From Fimicolochytrium jonesii (Eukaryota), in assembly GCF_025526975.1 (NCBI RefSeq), contig NW_026515670.1:62001-126000 (forward strand): 64,000 nt of DNA, in the 5' to 3' direction. Shown here piece by piece: positions 57,995-64,000 of the stretch. A program made the position numbers and the translations under genes. Position 1 is the stretch's first letter; every line of letters starts with the position of its first letter. The notes beneath the pieces are model-generated. The model saw only the letters and a program-made list of their open reading frames with translations, searched no databases and had not been told where the DNA came from.

Positions 57995-60962
57995 CTAAAC
58001 ATGCGCGTTCCTATTCTCATTGCCATTCCCCCCGTTGCCGTTGCCGCCGTTTCCATTACTGCCGCCGCCGTTGAGCATGGTCGCAAACTGTGATGATGAG
58101 AGCAGAGAGAGAGAAGGAAGGAGTTAGCATACGTGTAAAAGAGAGAGAGGGTATCATAGTACCGGAGAGTGGGAGACACCCAGTGGGGGACATTTTGTCG
58201 CCAGAAAGGGTCGCCCAAATTTCGGCTGGTCTAGACCCAATACGTCTCCTCCGGTTTTCATCCCAGCTCGCCCAAGCGCAAATGGCATCAAAGCGCCGCT
58301 CCTTCCCGACATGATATGCAAAACAATATGATGTGATTTGTTTTTCTACCTCTCCATTCTCCGTGATACAAAGAAAAGATGTGGGGGATATGTCCCCAGG
58401 ATGCAAAACCTCTCCTCCTTCTCATTCCCAGTTTCCAACACAAACTCCAATCACCTCCTCCAACTTTTTGATCCAACCTCAACATACCTGCGAGCTGGTC
58501 TGAATGTACTGCTGTATGACATTACAGTCACACGCGCGATGCAACAGCAGCTGGCTCTTCAACAGCAACACCTCCTCCTTCAGATCCTTCACGCAGCTAA
58601 CCAGCCGCTCATTCTCCTTGCTCAGCGTCGCGCTCTTCGTCTCCAGTTCCTTCAACCACTCCTTCTTCTTCATGCGGCATTTCGACGCGGCGACGCGGTT
58701 GCGTTCGAGGAACCGTTTGCGTTTCGCGGCGCGCTCGGCTTCGGTGGGCGGGTGCTTGCGTTTGCCGCTCGTGGGGGATTTGCTGCCCCCTTCGCCGTCG
58801 GATTCGGAGTCGGAGGAGTGATAGTCGCCCATGTCGTCGCCCGCGACGCTGTTGGGGGCTGTGGGATTCTTCTCCGCCTCCACTTTTGCCGTTTCGGCTG
58901 CGGCTGAGGAATCGTCCTTTTTGCCAGCAACCTTTTTGCCTACCGAAGTGGGAGCTTTTTTCTTTTTTCCACTGCTGACGTTCGCATCGTCCTCCGCATT
59001 CTGGGATTCTCCTCCCACCTTGCTTGCAGCAATACCGTCTTTCTCGCCCGCATTTGGAGCGACGGCACCAGACGCCGTTCGCTTCCTCTTTTTCGCCGGG
59101 CCAGACGCAGGTGTTCCCGCACCCGGTTTCGCCACCAAAGTATCCTCGCTCAACGCCCCAGACGCGGGTTGCAGCTGTGACGTGCCTGAATCGCGTCGAC
59201 TCTTTCCGGTCTGTTTGCTTCCGGTCGTGGGTTTGACTGCTTTCGGCGGCGACTGCGTGCGCGGTTCGGCGGCTGTTGCGGCGGACTTGCTGATGCTGGT
59301 GCGACGCGATTTCGACGGTTGATGCAGTTTCGGTGGTTGATATTGCTGCTGCTGAGGTGAAGGTCCCTGCATCTGCTGTGGCGGCTGCTGATGGTACCCT
59401 TGCCCATCTTGGGGGTAATTGGGACTGGTGTACAGTTGTGATGGGTGAACCGTCGGCGCGCCCGAATGCTGCATCTGCTGCTGCGGTGGCTGCGACATCA
59501 TCTGCATTTGCTGCTGGTGGTGGTAGAATTCTTCCTGTGATGCCGGCATTCCCATATTGGGCTGCTGCGGGTGTTGCTGCTGCATCTGGTAAGACATGTC
59601 GTTGGGGTCTTGCATCTGCGGCGCCATGACGGGGATGGCGAGAGGTTGCTGCATGTGAGGTTGCATGGGCGGGCCCATCGGTACCGACATGCCCATCGGG
59701 ATGGGCATAGCGATCGGTTGTCCGTGCATGTCGACGGCCATGGAGTATGCGGGTTGCTGCTGTTGCGGATGTGATGGGTGCGGTTGAGTGGGATTGGAGG
59801 TATACATCTGTTGAAGATATTGCTGGGCTTGTTGTTGTGATGGTTGTGGAGGTGATTGTTGCTGATGAGGTGGTAATGGTTGTTGTGGGTAGCGGTACCC
59901 GTCCATACCGTAGCCGGGGATGGCTCCATTTGACGGGTCAATGGGGACTTGCGTCGGTACTGCACCACCTTGCTGGGCGTAATGAGGTTGGTGTGCGTCC
60001 GAATACCGTCTTCGTTGGTTCCTGTCGGCAGGTATATGAAGTTGAAACGCATGTTGTCCACTGGATTGCTGCACCGGTGCTCCATTATCTACAATGCCGC
60101 TCGAAACGGGAACAGCACCGAATGATGCACGACGACTTCCGGGGCCCTCGTGATGTTGTGGTGGGGGTGGTTGCAAGTTTTGCGAAACAACGGGTAAAGA
60201 CGGCATCGAGACATCGCCCACGTCCTGCAACAGAGCTTGAATCGAGGCCGTGAATGGGGTCATGACGGGCTGTTCAGGTGCGAGACCGCTCCATGCAGGA
60301 CCGGCGTTCGCCGTCGGTGCTGCATTCGGACCCTGTGTCGTACTCGATACATTGTGCGTGAGCTGTTGTTGTGGCGATGCTTCAGTGCCCTGTTTTGGAG
60401 GGTTCGCCGCACCCTTGCCGTCAGCGGAGGGCTCGGTGGCATTGCCGAAGCTCTCCTCGAACAGGTTGACGTCGCCGGCGGAGGATGCACGAGTGATGAT
60501 GCCCGGGGTGAATTTGTAATTGAGCGACTCTTCGAGGAACCTTGTTGGTGTCATGAGGTTCGATTCTGTTGGTGAGGGAAAGTCAAAAGCGATGAAGCGT
60601 TGTTTCCGTCATCATTGGGTGTGCGATTTGATGAACGAGGGCGAAAGAGAACGGGAAGGGGTTGGGAAGAAAGGGTATAAATTGGTCAGTCACTGAAGAA
60701 ATTCCCTGCGGCTTTTCCCACGCCGTGCATCGTGCATAATGGGAATAACCTTGAGAAAGGTAATTTCCTCGGAACGGAAAAATATTTTCCATGGCCGAGG
60801 AAGCGATTGGGGCAACTTACCGAAGAGCGAGGAGAACTCGCCGTGCGACTGCATGAGTAGATTGGGTGTTCCCAGCAGCCCATCCGAAAGGAATCCGCCT
60901 GCAGCCGCCGACACTCCGCCGCTGCCGCCGTAGCTGCCGTATACACTTGACGTTGAAGCCAT
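57995..60962 (-). CDS. ATF/CREB-family bZIP transcription factor (Atf1/ATF2-like), three exons
   Basis: Basic region and zipper KRKRFLERNRVAASKCRMKKKEWLKELE...LKEEVLLLKSQLLLH, Gln/Pro-rich middle, N-terminal TPTRFL and NLFEESF. Exons at about 60962-60821, 60566-58487 and 58087-57995. Confidence 0.92.
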
Positions 60963-61610
60963 ATTATTATTCGGTTTCTCCTACGCAATCGATTGCTGTC
61001 GAAAGTTCTTTCCCCCTGTGGGGCGTGCGTAGGAGGGGGCCTGGTGACGCTCGCTTATGGAATCTCTGACCGTATCTCTCTCAACTGTGGAGAGACTGAG
61101 AGACCCGTGGTGACGCCAAGAAAACGCGTTTTCGGGGAAGCCGGGGGGGATATCCGCTGTGAATGAATTTTCCCACGCCCCTTTATTATGGTGCTTGGTC
61201 GACGGTAGCAGTGTTGCGAACAAGGTTGGGAAAAAGTACCGGGAAGAAAAACCCAGGGTGAAGGCAAGAAGGGGGTCTAAGCCTTCTGGGCGACGAAATA
61301 GTGGTTGGTGTGGGAGACGAAAAGGAATAATATGCGGGCTGAGTATCGGGTTGCAGCCCTCAACGGATATTCGAACGAGGGAGGGGTATTGTCTTGTCGC
61401 GGGTAGGGGACGGAGGTATGACGGATGGCGTGAAAGCGTCGATATGCGGCGCGGGGGGGGGGGGGGGGGAAGGTTAAACGGTGACGACAGGAGAGCGAGG
61501 CCGAGTGGGTGGGTGGGTGGAGTGAGGAGGGTAATAATGACGGCCGGGGGGGGGCAATAGCAGCACTTTGGCTTGGGGGCAGCAAGGTGCTGCGGGGGCG
61601 GGGGGGGCCG

Positions 61611-62292
61611 ACGTCACCCGTGCTTCCCTTTTGTTTGTCTCTGGTTTGAAAGGTCGCTTGTTGTGTGGGGAGCGGGCTTTCGGCTTGGGCTTGGGCTTTC
61701 TGTGAGGGGGGAATGGGTTTCAAGTGCCTTTTAAAAGATGACGTATGGCAGCCGTCAGAGGGGGGGGGGGGGGGGGGGACGCGACTCTGCTCCCGTATAT
61801 CTAGTATCTATACCCCCAATCACATATGTGGTGCTGCCCCCAACTTTTCGCCATGGATATGCCCAGCAACCACAAAAGCTGTCCAAAAGTGCCTCCTGCA
61901 ACCTTCGCACAAAGGCCCGGAACGCTCTATTCGCTTGATATATCCCGAGTGGGATACTCTCCACCCTCCCCCATCTACGACCATGCGATATACTATCCCT
62001 AGCATTTTCTTTCTCACAGAGAGTTAAAGAACATCTTGGAAAGTGTAGCCCGCACACACACCCCAAATCATCTCCCAACAGAGCCGTCGAGACCCTCGAA
62101 AATCGAGCACTGCAGCCAGGGATCGATCCAAACAGCGATTGCTCTCCCATCCATGATAGATTCCTTGGCTTAGAGTTACTACATACCGTCACATGGGTGC
62201 CCGGTACCGAGTTGAGAAGGGGCCAAGTGCTTGGATTGTGGCGCTGCTTTCCTTTTTTCTGACGATAAAGCCACAACTTAGGGATGACGTCA
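61611..62292. promoter_or_regulatory. Cluster of CRE-like sites upstream of the bZIP gene
   Basis: ACGTCAC at 61611, ATGACGT at 61738, perfect TGACGTCA at 62285; TGACG half sites also near 61045 and 61111. Confidence 0.4.
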
Positions 62293-62457
62293 GGTGGTGT
62301 TACGGAGTGAATCATGCCTTCTATGAATCATGAGACGCGCCAACGTGGCTTCTCGTTCTTCGCAACCGCGCTTCAATGGCTTTCACTCAGGAGTGTGTAT
62401 TAAAATAAATTAAGGACCTCCCCTCCACATCAAAGGAGCGACAAGCGCCATATATAG

Positions 62458-62518
62458 TAGGGATAAGGGATAGGGATAAGGGATAGGGTTATGGATAGGG
62501 ATATAGGGATAGGGTTTA
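62458..62518 (+). repeat. Degenerate (ATAGGG/ATAAGGG)n G-rich repeat
   Basis: tagggataagggatagggataagggatagggttatggatagggatatagggatagggttt contains eight GGG runs. Confidence 0.8.
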
Positions 62519-64000
62519 CACTTCCAATAAGATGATGCCGTCGAAATAGCGATTCCCTTTAAATAATACGGAACACTCGGACAAAAAGTGTCAATGGGGC
62601 TGGGCCCGAGGTTTCCACCCGTCTTCCCACAGCATCAACGGCTGAGAAAAGCCGCTTTCCTTGCGTGAAGTGTATGTATGTCCAGCCCTAGAACACATCT
62701 ACCGTACACGCTGGAACTCATTCCGAGCTCAGATGAGCGACCTGCTTTCCCGGTGGCTCTTCCAGTTGCTTGTGCAGCCACGATCTCTTCGATACGCGCA
62801 TGGGAGCAGCAGTCTCCCATTGGCTTTGACTTCGCCATGCCTCACTATTGGCTATCCAGGCCGAGGTTCTCTGATAATTCATAGAGCGTGGGCATCGTAT
62901 GACTCGACGAAGACATCCCCCGCAGATTGTGGCTCCGCGCACGCCTGGGCCCCGACCAGCGGGGCTTGGGTAAGGTGGACGAGGGAGTTGCGGGACAGGT
63001 AGTCGAAAAATATCGTGGGATTGGAACAGCTGGAGAAGTTCTCAAGTCGGCCCCTCCTAATCAACCACCGGTCGATGACCTCTGAAAGCGTCCTCCATAT
63101 CTGGCCGATCGGGTGTCCGGTAGACGCATGCTTTGGTCTCGGGAGAGCGCGGTGGTTGCGGAAGGCCACAGAAGCGGAGAGATTCCGACACGGGAGAAAA
63201 GCGAGAGGGTTGGAGGAGGCAAACCTTATCATCTCCTGGGGACGAAGCTTGTGTCAAGGACCATGGAGAACGGATGCTGGTCTCACACGCCAGCAGTGTA
63301 CACTGCGAGATCAACACGGCCCAGTACAATCCGTAGTATATTCCGTAGAAGGGCAGCAATACATGTTGGGAACAGTTGAAGGTATAAGCGATTGATTTTC
63401 CCGCACCGGGACTGCACATATGCATGCATCATGCGTGAAGAGACGTATTATACTTGACGGTAACCGCCGCCGCCTTCGCCGCCGTACATGTTGTTTCGGT
63501 GGTCGTGAAAACGAGGTTTGTATACGTGCGCAATCTCGCAAGGACGAATCGTACGTAGTTTATGGCTTCGGCTGGGGAATCTCCAACTCGAAGGCAAGGC
63601 AGTTTGTAAAAGCGGTGGACAAGAGGGGTAGCATTTAATCGCGTTTAGTCGGGCACGTGATCAATCCACACCAGTCAACTTTTAGCGTTGAACCTTCAAC
63701 TTCGTTGCCTTTCCGAGATCACGCTCCAGGAAACCCATCCGCCAGCGGGCAACACTCCCCCAAAACGACAAGCCATCCGACAGCCATGTTCGCCCTCCGT
63801 CGAGCATGCGTCCGGTGTACGAACATCACAGCCCTTCCTCGACCGACGTATGCGAGATTTCCTCGGGCCATGTCGACCGGCGGGCCAGAGGACCCTCTAA
63901 AGTTTCCCGCAGCGATTACCGTCAGCAAGCCGGAAGTGCCTAAGGAGGTCGAGTCTCCAGCAGCGGTTGTGAAGGAAGAAACTGCTTCTGTGTCGGCACC

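Noticed and set aside
62600..64000. ORF fragments at the right end
   Set aside because: Short, overlapping and without recognisable motifs; a gene may begin near 63850 but cannot be supported from this window.

Overview
Eukaryotic, GC-rich, intron-containing DNA (GT-AG introns mostly 65-120 nt, CTRAC branch points). Gene content and style point to a fungus, probably an early-diverging one such as a chytrid (inference). Left to right: (1) two divergently transcribed single-pass membrane proteins ending in SH3 domains, one Kelch-repeat and one mucin-like; (2) an accessory island of about 17 kb (8.9-26 kb) of mostly minus-strand, partly decayed and internally duplicated orphan genes, with an HNH-like motif and a Ty3/gypsy gag-protease relic; (3) a tRNA-Ser(GCT) with two D-arm relics; (4) an Xaa-Pro aminopeptidase whose one oversized intron holds a ~360-nt densely base-paired element with RNase P/MRP-like features; (5) a run of chromatin and transcription regulators: a Clr2-like protein, a bromodomain-GATA-ET fusion, an ~11-kb chromodomain-ankyrin-WGR-PARP gene ending in a CHFR-type cysteine-rich/PBZ module, and an ATF/Atf1-type bZIP factor. 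The strongest novelty candidates are the intronic structured RNA and the chromo-ankyrin-PARP-PBZ fusion. Exon boundaries, RNA helices and family calls were made by eye; no searches were run.
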